A stretch of 63,905 nt of DNA, the filler included, from an uncultured Rhodopirellula sp. (GTDB taxonomy: Bacteria > Planctomycetota > Planctomycetia > Pirellulales > Pirellulaceae), in NCBI GenBank assembly GCA_964007735.1. It is 3 parts of 3 records of this genome, joined end to end, with 100 filler letters (N's around TTAATTAATTAA, not from the genome) between each part and the next. Parts side by side here need not be neighbours in the genome. Positions count along the whole stretch, not along the records: positions 53,455 to 63,905 come from CAXGAI010000087.1; 2 more parts are not named here. The stretch is one strand, 5' to 3'. A program made the translations under genes and the position numbers. A model generated the notes under the pieces. It was not told the DNA's origin, did no database searches, and was given only the letters and a program-made list of their open reading frames with translations. Shown here piece after piece: positions 55,851 to 63,905 of the stretch (within the stretch, counting starts at the first letter, position 1; each line of letters opens with the position of its first letter).

Positions 55851-57809
55851 CTAAATTCGATCAAGGGAATCGATCCACTGCGTCAGACTTTCGCGTAATG
55901 CGTCAGTGATCTTTCCGGGGCTTTCCAGCTCTGTCCGGCTAACAGGATACTTAGCTGTTTCTAATGCCTTGACCGCATTGCCAATGGCTCTGCTTACCGG
56001 TGATCCTTTTACAAGAATGGCATGGATTGCCAGACGCTCCGCCGGGTCATTAGGCGAGATCCCTGCACGTAATGGGAAGGGGGCGTCGACTGGAATGATA
56101 CCTCGCACCAAGTCTCTATGGGAGAATCCAAGGATAAGTGACATTGCTCCCCCGGCCTGACGACCGAATGAGACGATGCGATTACGGTCGATATTGTAGG
56201 TGTTGATGACATTATCCATCGTCTTACGAATGAACTCAATCTCTGTTGGTTGCCATCTGTTATCATCCGCTGCTTTGGGTGCCAGAATAATTAGGTGGTA
56301 TTTGGCTGCCAGCATTTCCCATTGCTGCTTCAGAATATCGTCGTTCACGTCTCCAGGAGCATGTAACCAGACGACCAGACCATGAGGTACATCGGAACGA
56401 TAATTTGCTGGGATAATGGCATGACAATCGTTGGCCTCTTCAGGTAGTTTGATTTCGACTAAACCTGTGGCCAGGTTATTGGCAGGCGCTGGCGTGGCTG
56501 GCAGAGGATGTTCTTGAATGACCGGGAGTTCCGATGGGATTGAGGCCAGCATTACATTGATCGGTGTGATCTGACCGTCTCTAAGGTAATGGAGTTGAAC
56601 CTCTCCTGAAGGTTCAAAGTTGGCAAGTTCAACACGTAGTTGATTATGATCCTTGATAACCGTTTCGTTTAGCCGGGCAATTATATCGCCCGATTTTAGG
56701 CCTGCTTGCTCTGCGATACTATTCGGATAAACGTAACGAATAAGTACTCCCTGTTGGTCGTAGTGCCTGTCCGGAAGGATGCCGAGAAATGGATGTTCGT
56801 ACGGTTCCAGCTCCTGAGCTAAAGTCACTTCGGCTGTAACGATCTCCCCATCTCGAGTAACCTTGATGCTGATGGTGTCGCCGGCATAGTGTGCTCCCAG
56901 GATATGTCGCAATTCTGACTGGCGTGTTACTGAATTACCGGCTAATTCAACGATAATGTCGCCCTTTTTCAGCCCGGCATCACGAGCTGGTGACTTTGGC
57001 TGTACGGCAACCACTTGAGCAGGTAAATCATAAATGTTTCCAGCGGTTAATGAGATACCAAGACGTCCTGGATACAAGCTGTCACCGTTTTTTAGCTTCT
57101 CAAGGTGAGGCATAATGTCTGCGATGGGCACAGCGAATCCTATTCCTGAGTCATACCACTCTGAACCATCTGACTGACCTCCCTGAGGATTCGGGGTTAA
57201 CGGAGTCAGAACACCAAAGACGCGGCCACGAATGTCGATTAAAGGGCCACCGTAATTGGCTGGTGAGATTTTAGCGTCGGATTGAATTGCTTTTCCCCAA
57301 ACTCGGTTAGCCGCGCTGACTATGCCCACACTTTGGTTTGTGAATTCGCGGGAAAATGTTCGACCTAGTGCAATGCTCCACTGCCCTACGATAATTTCAT
57401 CTCTTGGTATCGCTTCGAGCAGAGTGTAGGTCTCTTGCGTGTTTACCTTAAGCAGTACCAGATTGCGGCTGTAGTCATGTGAAATCACTTTGGCGGAGGC
57501 TCGTTTACCGCTCGGCGTGGTCGCAAGAATGGAAGTGATGTTTGCAGGAATCATGGTTGCGCTGGCCAGAACGAATCCGTCCGTAGTCACGGCTAAGCCC
57601 GAGACGGGCCCAAGTTCCTGTGATTCTAGACCGCCGACTAATTCCAATTGTATAACGCTGGGGCTGGCTTTCATGACCGCAGCCTGAAGGGCCTTTTCCT
57701 CGCGTTCTAACAGGTCGTCCTGAGCATTGACGAACATATTAGGCTGGAGGACGAGTAAGCTCAGAAACGCGACGATCATTTTGTGCTTTATCGTGATTGT
57801 GCTTTTCAT
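55851..57809 (-). CDS. HtrA-like protease-fold protein (degenerate) with two PDZ domains and C-terminal alpha/beta-hydrolase-like domain
   Basis: 'IQSDAKISPANYGGPL'; PDZ 'SPARDAGLKKGD' and 'SIAEQAGLKSGD'; 'LVVWLH...YNIDRNRIVSFGRQAGG'. Start 57815/57809/57779. Confidence 0.85.
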   Translation of the reverse strand: MKSTITIKHKMIVAFLSLLVLQPNMFVNAQDDLLEREEKALQAAVMKASPSVIQLELVGGLESQELGPVSGLAVTTDGFVLASATMIPANITSILATTPSGKRASAKVISHDYSRNLVLLKVNTQETYTLLEAIPRDEIIVGQWSIALGRTFSREFTNQSVGIVSAANRVWGKAIQSDAKISPANYGGPLIDIRGRVFGVLTPLTPNPQGGQSDGSEWYDSGIGFAVPIADIMPHLEKLKNGDSLYPGRLGISLTAGNIYDLPAQVVAVQPKSPARDAGLKKGDIIVELAGNSVTRQSELRHILGAHYAGDTISIKVTRDGEIVTAEVTLAQELEPYEHPFLGILPDRHYDQQGVLIRYVYPNSIAEQAGLKSGDIIARLNETVIKDHNQLRVELANFEPSGEVQLHYLRDGQITPINVMLASIPSELPVIQEHPLPATPAPANNLATGLVEIKLPEEANDCHAIIPANYRSDVPHGLVVWLHAPGDVNDDILKQQWEMLAAKYHLIILAPKAADDNRWQPTEIEFIRKTMDNVINTYNIDRNRIVSFGRQAGGAMSLILGFSHRDLVRGIIPVDAPFPLRAGISPNDPAERLAIHAILVKGSPVSRAIGNAVKALETAKYPVSRTELESPGKITDALRESLTQWIDSLDRI

Positions 57810-57814
57810 GATCA

Positions 57815-58816
57815 TTATTCTCCCTGCAAGATAATTTCGACTAGATCATCGCCTCTCTGGATGACCAGAGTGACATCATCGATTTGATCAATGAGCTCCA
57901 ATTCGCTTCTCAGTGTGGCACACGAATCTACTCTGCGATCGTTGATATACAGAATAAGGTCGTCTGGTCGAAGGCCTTTCTTTTCAGCCTCAGAACTGGC
58001 TGTGACCGAATCCACAAAAGGAGGAGTCTTGGATAAGACGTCCGGAACCATGCGAACGCCTAATGTTTTAAGCGTGTGCGGAACGTCTGGGCGGATTACA
58101 TCATCATCAAAACTTCGCGGCCTTGTTTTACCGGCAATAATATCTTCGATGGCCGGTATTAATTCATTGATTGGCATGGCGTAATTGAGCCACGTACCAT
58201 TTTGTGAGTTGCGTAGTTCTTTTCCGAGCAGACCGGCTAGTTCACCCTTACGAGTTGTTAACGCACCACCAGCAGCTCCGGGATTATTTGTGATAGCATC
58301 GAGGATATAAACCGTTCCCTTGTAGGTGGTCTTAAATGCACCACGACGAGCATTAAGAGGTGTTGTAGCAGCAACAATTCCGTGTAATACACTGTTGGGC
58401 TCATCACCGGTGGCAATCTTAAAAAGGTTGCTAAAAGCTAAGATACGTGCTCCGGGATTAACTCCTACAGAATCACCAAGTTTGAAGTGTTCTAAACCCT
58501 CGGTGTCAATTTTCAAAACAGCGACCTCTAAACGAGGATCAGCACCAACGATTTCTCCCTCAAATTTCCGTCCATCATCGAGAGTTACCGTGATGTAATC
58601 TGTATCCAGAACATAGCTCCAGACAGTTAGGATGTGGCCTTGATCACTGATTAGAAAGCCGCTTTGATATCCCTCCAGTCCACGTATGCCACCCGCACCG
58701 TATACTTTCACCATTTTAGGCTGCACTCCGGCTGAAATTACAGAGAAGTCTGCTGACTGAGCGAGGTTACTGATACCGGCGAGGAACAAAAATATTGCTA
58801 AGAATATGCGGTGCAT
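57815..58816 (-). CDS. HtrA-like protease-fold + PDZ protein (degenerate)
   Basis: 'QSGFLISDQGHILTVWS', 'DAITNNPGAAGGAL', PDZ 'KKGLRPDDLIL'. Confidence 0.85.
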   Translation of the reverse strand: MHRIFLAIFLFLAGISNLAQSADFSVISAGVQPKMVKVYGAGGIRGLEGYQSGFLISDQGHILTVWSYVLDTDYITVTLDDGRKFEGEIVGADPRLEVAVLKIDTEGLEHFKLGDSVGVNPGARILAFSNLFKIATGDEPNSVLHGIVAATTPLNARRGAFKTTYKGTVYILDAITNNPGAAGGALTTRKGELAGLLGKELRNSQNGTWLNYAMPINELIPAIEDIIAGKTRPRSFDDDVIRPDVPHTLKTLGVRMVPDVLSKTPPFVDSVTASSEAEKKGLRPDDLILYINDRRVDSCATLRSELELIDQIDDVTLVIQRGDDLVEIILQGE

Positions 58817-60564
58817 TATTCAGTTCCTCCGTTGGAATTAAACTCAAAGTCTTTGAGTAATAATTCTCCATAGACGGTATCTCCGTGAATGACTTCCAAA
58901 TGTCTTGGAAGCATTCGGCCATTGACGGATTCATACTCTGAAAAGTAAATCTCACATGGATCAACTCCCAAATCCGGGTACATTTCCATTGAGGTAAGTA
59001 GCCCTGTAGAGGGCGAAAAGTAGAAGCGGCACTCAATAACACTGTGGGTGGCTACGAGTACATCCTGCTTTTCATCCTGTTTTGGCGTTGGCATGGAACC
59101 GAGGTAATAGACATCTCCGAACTGACCAATTCCAGTTTGCTGGATATGCTTCCAGAGGTGCAGAGCTACCAGTAGACCGCCGCTCCCTCGAGGAGCTTCC
59201 TGTTGCCCCAGATCGTTATCGAGAACAGCGAAGGCTTTGCCTTGTGGCAGTTCCGCATCCACTCGTGTTTTGGATAGAACAATCGATACATCCCCCAGAT
59301 TTCCAAGTTGTCCCCTCAGAGTCCAATCCCCTGTAATCGATTCGGGCTTGGTTTGGTCAATATAGGTATCCCAGATGCGATCTTGATTCAGCTTATTGAA
59401 GTGGTAGTTTGCAAAGCCTCGGCGGGCTGTAAAGAAAGGTTTTACGATGTCAGGGAGTTGTGGGGACGGTTCCTTTGGGGCAGGAGGGTCAGGTTGTCCT
59501 TCCGGCATTGGCTCGCCCTCTGGTTGTTGTCGGTTAGGTTGGATCCGTGCTAGCAATTCTTCCGGAGAATGAACGCCGGTTAGGCGGACGAAGGTGTCAA
59601 TGCGGTCGCCCTCATGCAGGAACGAGATTGGTACACGCGAGCCCCGAGGGTAAATCCCCAGAACATTCTTAAAACCATTGACGGTACTAATGTTCCGACC
59701 GCCGAAGGATAGCAACTGATCGCCATATCGCAAGCCGCGCCTGTAGGCATCAGAGGATTCGGCAATATTCGTAACGACAACATTGCCATTTTCATCCGTA
59801 GAAACGGTGGCGCCGAGTGTCGCATGGTCCAGAATACGACCACTACGTAGGAAACCCATAAAGTGTTTGATTTGATTGATCGAAATGGCGTAACCTACTC
59901 CCACATTAACTCGCCCTCGTTTTTCAAAAGAGCCACGTCCATTGATCCCAATCAGATCGCCCTTTTCATTGAAAAGGGGGCCACCCGAATTACCAGGATT
60001 GATTGAAGCATCAGTTTGAATGCAGTCAGCGTATTCGAGTAGCGTACCGGCCGGATATTGATAGCGATGTACGCCCGAAACAATCCCATATGTCACGGTT
60101 GGGTTGAAGTCGGTAGCCAGAAGGAACGGATTCCCAACAGCAAAGCACCAATCCCCTACTCTCACCTTGTCACTATCCTCCAGTTTTGCATAAGGAAAGT
60201 CGTCTCGCCCAAGTAGTTTGATTAAGGCCACATCCCCTACCGGGTCAATGCTGACTAAGATTGCGTCATAGAGTTTACCGTCATTAATCGCACATTTCAT
60301 TGCAGTTCCAGCAGGCTGGACAACATGATAGTTGCTTAAAGCATAGCCATCGGGGCTGATGAGTACTCCAGACCCACCCCCTTTACCTCCATTGGCGAAG
60401 ACCATGACGGTTGAGGCACTTGCTTTGTTGATCGCTGCGATTCGTTGTGCCTGGGATGCTAGAACATCATCGGGCACGATGAGTTCCTGAGCCCTGAGTG
60501 CCGGCAAAGGCAAGCAGGAAAGTAATACTGCTAAGGTAATGATTTTTGAGGGGTTGGTCACCAA
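58816..60564 (-). CDS. HtrA/DegP-like serine protease (intact triad) with PDZ and C-terminal beta domain
   Basis: 'LSNYHVV', 'GDVALIK', 'IQTDASINPGNSGGPL'; GGAG SD before TTG. Confidence 0.9.
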   Translation of the reverse strand: MVTNPSKIITLAVLLSCLPLPALRAQELIVPDDVLASQAQRIAAINKASASTVMVFANGGKGGGSGVLISPDGYALSNYHVVQPAGTAMKCAINDGKLYDAILVSIDPVGDVALIKLLGRDDFPYAKLEDSDKVRVGDWCFAVGNPFLLATDFNPTVTYGIVSGVHRYQYPAGTLLEYADCIQTDASINPGNSGGPLFNEKGDLIGINGRGSFEKRGRVNVGVGYAISINQIKHFMGFLRSGRILDHATLGATVSTDENGNVVVTNIAESSDAYRRGLRYGDQLLSFGGRNISTVNGFKNVLGIYPRGSRVPISFLHEGDRIDTFVRLTGVHSPEELLARIQPNRQQPEGEPMPEGQPDPPAPKEPSPQLPDIVKPFFTARRGFANYHFNKLNQDRIWDTYIDQTKPESITGDWTLRGQLGNLGDVSIVLSKTRVDAELPQGKAFAVLDNDLGQQEAPRGSGGLLVALHLWKHIQQTGIGQFGDVYYLGSMPTPKQDEKQDVLVATHSVIECRFYFSPSTGLLTSMEMYPDLGVDPCEIYFSEYESVNGRMLPRHLEVIHGDTVYGELLLKDFEFNSNGGTE

Positions 60565-60594
60565 CTAGTCTCCACGTATCTTCTAGCCACTTTG

Positions 60595-61806
60595 TCACTT
60601 GATGAGTTTGGCATCACCAAGATGTAAGAGGTCTCCAAAGTCCAAGTTTTTCCCGTAATCTACGGTGATCGAAAGACGTCTTACGCCCGTGACATCTAAT
60701 TCTAATTGCCGAATGTCTGCGGGATCCGTGATGGAATCCCTGAAAAGTTGTTTGTTGTCACCAAGAATGATTAGGTCGATGTGCCCCCGCCCTTTAGTTT
60801 CCGCGGCCAGCCCGGCGGTGAGTTGAAGTGAGGTGAACTCCTCGGTTAAACGATACGTTAGTACGGTTTTACTGCGCAAAGAGAGTCCTTTCGTAAACTC
60901 TTGCTCGCCAATTGCGATTGGGCCACCATTGGCGCTGCGATCTTTTACAGGGGCGTATAGTTGATTCAGACGATTGCGAACCAGACGCCCCGTTAGATAA
61001 GGAGTCCACTCAGCATTTTCCGGCGACAGATCACTTAAGTAAACCAAATTGCGACTCGCGAATTGAAACTTTTGAATCTGGTCGAGTTGCAGGGATATTT
61101 TGTCACCCAGACCAGTTTCAAACTCCAAAGCGGCTTCTGGTGCATTGAGATTAAAGCGACATGCTCGCCAGCGATTACCCCGTAAATCGGTGAGTTCACA
61201 TGTTGTTTTGGATCTTTCTAGGGAACCAGATTTAAGAAGTTTGACTCCCGCGAGTTTTGATAGTTCTACAGGGATTCGATCACCGTCGAAGTTGAATGTA
61301 ACAGCTTCATTATCGACCCTTTCGACAATCCCTTCCAGTTCGTCAATGGCGCCACTGGGGCGGAGGACAATGATTACATCGCCCGTCGATTCGCCTTCAA
61401 GAATGCTGTCGTAATCCTCCTGAGCCTGTTTTGTTAACGGCTTAAATTGAATGCTTGCAATGCTGTCGCTTTGGAAGCGGTAAGATAATTCCTCGCCAAT
61501 CGTGATGCGAGCAGTTGTAGCCGTGGCAAGAACGGATTTTGCCCGCAGTTTACTGCCATCATGAAGCTTCACGGTAATGTTGTTTCCTTCAGGAATCGTT
61601 GCTTGCTTCTTGCTTAAAATGATTGCCTGAAGTTGCTCGCTGGCTACAGTTTGCACCTGACCATTTGCGGTGATCTTGACTTCCTCGTCACTCATGGATG
61701 TGAGCTCACCGTTTAATTGACTGCCGTCAATAAGAGCGACGTCCGCTATTGGTAACCCGATAACAACGTTGCTCATTAAAAGAGTCAAAGCATGCCAAAT
61801 TTGCAT
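60595..61806 (-). CDS. Exported protein with C-terminal NPCBM/NEW2 carbohydrate-binding domain
   Basis: 'VYLSDL...FTKGLSLRS...LDVTGVRRLSITVDYG...GDAKL'; GGAGG SD. Confidence 0.82.
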   Translation of the reverse strand: MQIWHALTLLMSNVVIGLPIADVALIDGSQLNGELTSMSDEEVKITANGQVQTVASEQLQAIILSKKQATIPEGNNITVKLHDGSKLRAKSVLATATTARITIGEELSYRFQSDSIASIQFKPLTKQAQEDYDSILEGESTGDVIIVLRPSGAIDELEGIVERVDNEAVTFNFDGDRIPVELSKLAGVKLLKSGSLERSKTTCELTDLRGNRWRACRFNLNAPEAALEFETGLGDKISLQLDQIQKFQFASRNLVYLSDLSPENAEWTPYLTGRLVRNRLNQLYAPVKDRSANGGPIAIGEQEFTKGLSLRSKTVLTYRLTEEFTSLQLTAGLAAETKGRGHIDLIILGDNKQLFRDSITDPADIRQLELDVTGVRRLSITVDYGKNLDFGDLLHLGDAKLIK

Positions 61807-61852
61807 GATGCAGTTTACCTCCCCCCGGAAGCTAATTTAATTAATTGTGTTT

Positions 61853-62878
61853 TTAACCGCCGTCGCGAGCCAGTTTTCGGAAGTATTCCTCAATGACTTC
61901 GCGATAATGAGCCGGCAATTCCTTGCTGATTTGCTGAAGAGCTTTTTGACGCTCTTTTGGAGGAAGTGAACCCCAGTCTTCGGCATCGCCGTGGTTTCTT
62001 CGGTCAACGTTGCCTGGCCCACTTCCGCCGAGATCTGAAGAGTCCTGAGCCGGTGAACTGGGGTTAAGGTTTCCGGCTCCCTGTCCACTACTTTGCTGTT
62101 GCTGCTGCTGTTTTTCAAGCTCTTCAATCATCTTGTCCAGTTTTGCAATGACATCATCTTCTTCCTTACGGACCCGTGTCCCTGCTCGTCCTAGTTTCAG
62201 TCGGCGTTGAATGTCTGACATGAGACGTGCAACTTCATCCAGGGAATCCTTCTCTAGTGGTCCGATATCCGCTTTCATAAGATTCGCCAAAGTTGCGTAT
62301 CGCCGTGGAATAGCGTCGTTGTTTTCCTGAAGAAGACTGATCGCCCGAAGACATTTTTCTTTTGCGAGAATTCGGTGATAGCCAGTAGCCTGATAAAATA
62401 ATAAAGTTGCCGGATCCACGACATCCTGTGGTTTAATGCCTTCGAGTACCTGAAGACATTCGTCTTGTAATTCGCTTTGAGCTAGCCAGCGCGCATAATA
62501 AAGCCGGATATTATTAATGAAAAATGGGGGGATTTCTTCCTGATTGAATAATTCCGGTGTTGTTTGAGCCTCCGTTGCCGGAGTGGATTCCAAACGATTG
62601 ATGAGTTTGGCAATATCCGTATTGGTTAAGATGAGACTGTTTATCAGTTGGTCCAGTAGTAGTGACTGGTCGCCGGAGATAAGTGGAGTATCCCACAAAA
62701 TATTAATCTGCAGTTTGACGGCCTCATTAACGTTCTGTTTCTCGAGATGTTCATCAAGTCGTGAACGAATCTGTTCGGCATCTGGGATTTGCCATGAAGC
62801 ACGTTTTTCCAGATCATCAGCTGCCAAGGCAGATGTCGTCAGGATCAACACTAGGCTAAGAGTTTGTAATGTCTTCAT
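61853..62878 (-). CDS. Conserved exported helical hypothetical protein
   Basis: Signal peptide; TPR-like helices; Q/S/G-rich linker; C-terminal 'WGSLPPKER...LPAHYREVIEEYFRKLA'. Confidence 0.75.
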   Translation of the reverse strand: MKTLQTLSLVLILTTSALAADDLEKRASWQIPDAEQIRSRLDEHLEKQNVNEAVKLQINILWDTPLISGDQSLLLDQLINSLILTNTDIAKLINRLESTPATEAQTTPELFNQEEIPPFFINNIRLYYARWLAQSELQDECLQVLEGIKPQDVVDPATLLFYQATGYHRILAKEKCLRAISLLQENNDAIPRRYATLANLMKADIGPLEKDSLDEVARLMSDIQRRLKLGRAGTRVRKEEDDVIAKLDKMIEELEKQQQQQQSSGQGAGNLNPSSPAQDSSDLGGSGPGNVDRRNHGDAEDWGSLPPKERQKALQQISKELPAHYREVIEEYFRKLARDGG

Positions 62879-62902
62879 TATGATTGTGAGAAACTCCGTT
62901 GA

Positions 62903-63904
62903 TTACTGATTCTTACCAAGAACAATGTCGCGAGTGATCCGTTGAAGGTTGCGCTGTGTTTGGCCAAGCTTCTGCAGTGCTTCGACTAGGTCCGTATCCT
63001 TAGCCTGCCCGGTAGGGTCTTCGATGTCATCCAGGAGTCGGGAATACCGTTGAGTGCGTTTGTTAATACGAAGTTGCAGCGAGCGAATCATTCGTAACTC
63101 AGCTAACTGATCCACCAATGGTTTCTCCTGATCTTGTTGCTGTTGCTGCTGCTGTTGCTGTTGTTGCTGCTGTTGATCAGCTAGTTCCTGTTGAGCAGCT
63201 TGCAAAGCTTCAATCATTTCCTCAATGGACTGGATAATATCTTCTTCAATACTGACGGTGAGACGATCTGCTTTGGTTTCACCTAGTCGGGCAGCGACCT
63301 GCTCCATGTCTTCAATCATGATTTTCACGGTTTCTGGAAATGCGATAGAAGACCCTTCCTCCAGCAATAGTGTTAAGACTTTGTCCGCTTCAAGACCAAT
63401 CTTCCGTTGTTGAAAGCTAAGCTTATTGGATTCAATCTGAACTTCCCGTCCACGATCGTCTTCCGGGATTTTGGAGAGTTGAAGCGTGCCCTCGTAAACC
63501 CGTAATTCCATCTCAAGCATCTTGCGGAAACGACCCTCGAGTAAAGCAAGCATTCGTTCCAGTTCTTCTTCGCGTAACTGACGTAGGATTTCTTCGAGTT
63601 GTGCTTTTGCCTCGACGAGCTTTTGTTTGGCCGCTTCCTGAGCTTCAATTGACTGGTCCCGACGGGCCTGTTCAAGTTCAAGTTGAGCCTTTTTCATTTG
63701 CTCCTGAGCTTCTTTGAGTTTCTTGCGAGCTGGATTGTCGTCTTGTTGCTGATTGTCTTGTTGCTGACTGTCTTGTGACTGACTGTCTTGTGACTGACTA
63801 CCCGACATCGGCTCTCCACCTTCCATCGGCTCTCCGCCTTCCATCGGCTTTCCGCCTTCCATCGGCTCTCCGCCTTCCATCGGCTCTCCGCCTTCCATCG
63901 GCTC
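62903..63904 (-). CDS. Long coiled-coil, Gln/Glu-rich protein (5' partial)
   Basis: Open frame runs off the window end; heptad-rich sequence, poly-Q, 'ELRMIRSLQLRINKRT'. Confidence 0.8.
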   Translation of the reverse strand, partial: EPMEGGEPMEGGEPMEGGKPMEGGEPMEGGEPMSGSQSQDSQSQDSQQQDNQQQDDNPARKKLKEAQEQMKKAQLELEQARRDQSIEAQEAAKQKLVEAKAQLEEILRQLREEELERMLALLEGRFRKMLEMELRVYEGTLQLSKIPEDDRGREVQIESNKLSFQQRKIGLEADKVLTLLLEEGSSIAFPETVKIMIEDMEQVAARLGETKADRLTVSIEEDIIQSIEEMIEALQAAQQELADQQQQQQQQQQQQQQDQEKPLVDQLAELRMIRSLQLRINKRTQRYSRLLDDIEDPTGQAKDTDLVEALQKLGQTQRNLQRITRDIVLGKNQ

Positions 63905-63905
63905 T
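63806..63905 (-). repeat. In-frame 18-bp tandem repeat encoding (MEGGEP)n
   Basis: At least 5.5 copies of CATCGGCTCTCCGCCTTC (plus strand), running off the window end. Confidence 0.92.

Noticed and set aside
63806..63905. 18-bp repeats as a CRISPR array
   Set aside because: No spacers; in-frame coding repeat; no cas genes.

Overview
This window joins three contigs (1-26681, 26782-53354, 53455-63905) with two artificial 100-nt N44-TTAATTAATTAA-N44 linkers, so no synteny can be inferred across the gaps. Gene content (DUF1501/DUF1553/DUF1552 modules, planctomycete dockerins, LExRxLL leaders, BBP7 barrel) points to a planctomycete, probably a Pirellulaceae MAG. I saw no rRNA, tRNA, CRISPR array or transposase. 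Contig 1 carries two large dockerin-bearing surface proteins followed by a short accessory SecA, GAF-HlyD, HlyD, M50-HlyD and DUF3467 cluster, which looks like an export system lacking both ABC ATPase and TolC. It also has a sulfatase, a GTDC1/QTMAN-like glycosyltransferase, a COG4337/iota-carbonic-anhydrase-like gene beside SulP and an OprO/P porin, and a BBP7 barrel plus a giant M36 peptidase. Contig 2 has three planctomycete cytochrome-c/DUF modules and the best candidate for an undescribed system: a ~10-kb metal-homeostasis island (42.3-52.6 kb). The island encodes a Fur-family regulator with a perfect 7-3-7 palindrome and two DUF2946-like proteins (signal/TM, His/Cys-rich, CxxC, exactly 43 aa, then R[AG]PP). 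These resemble metal-sensing ribosome-arrest leaders. One precedes an orphan His-tailed pilin-like protein; the other precedes a DUF58 / catalytically altered transglutaminase / MoxR / His-rich lipoprotein / permease operon. Contig 3 has an operon with one intact and two catalytically dead HtrA-like proteases. All family assignments come from motif recognition by eye, not database searches.
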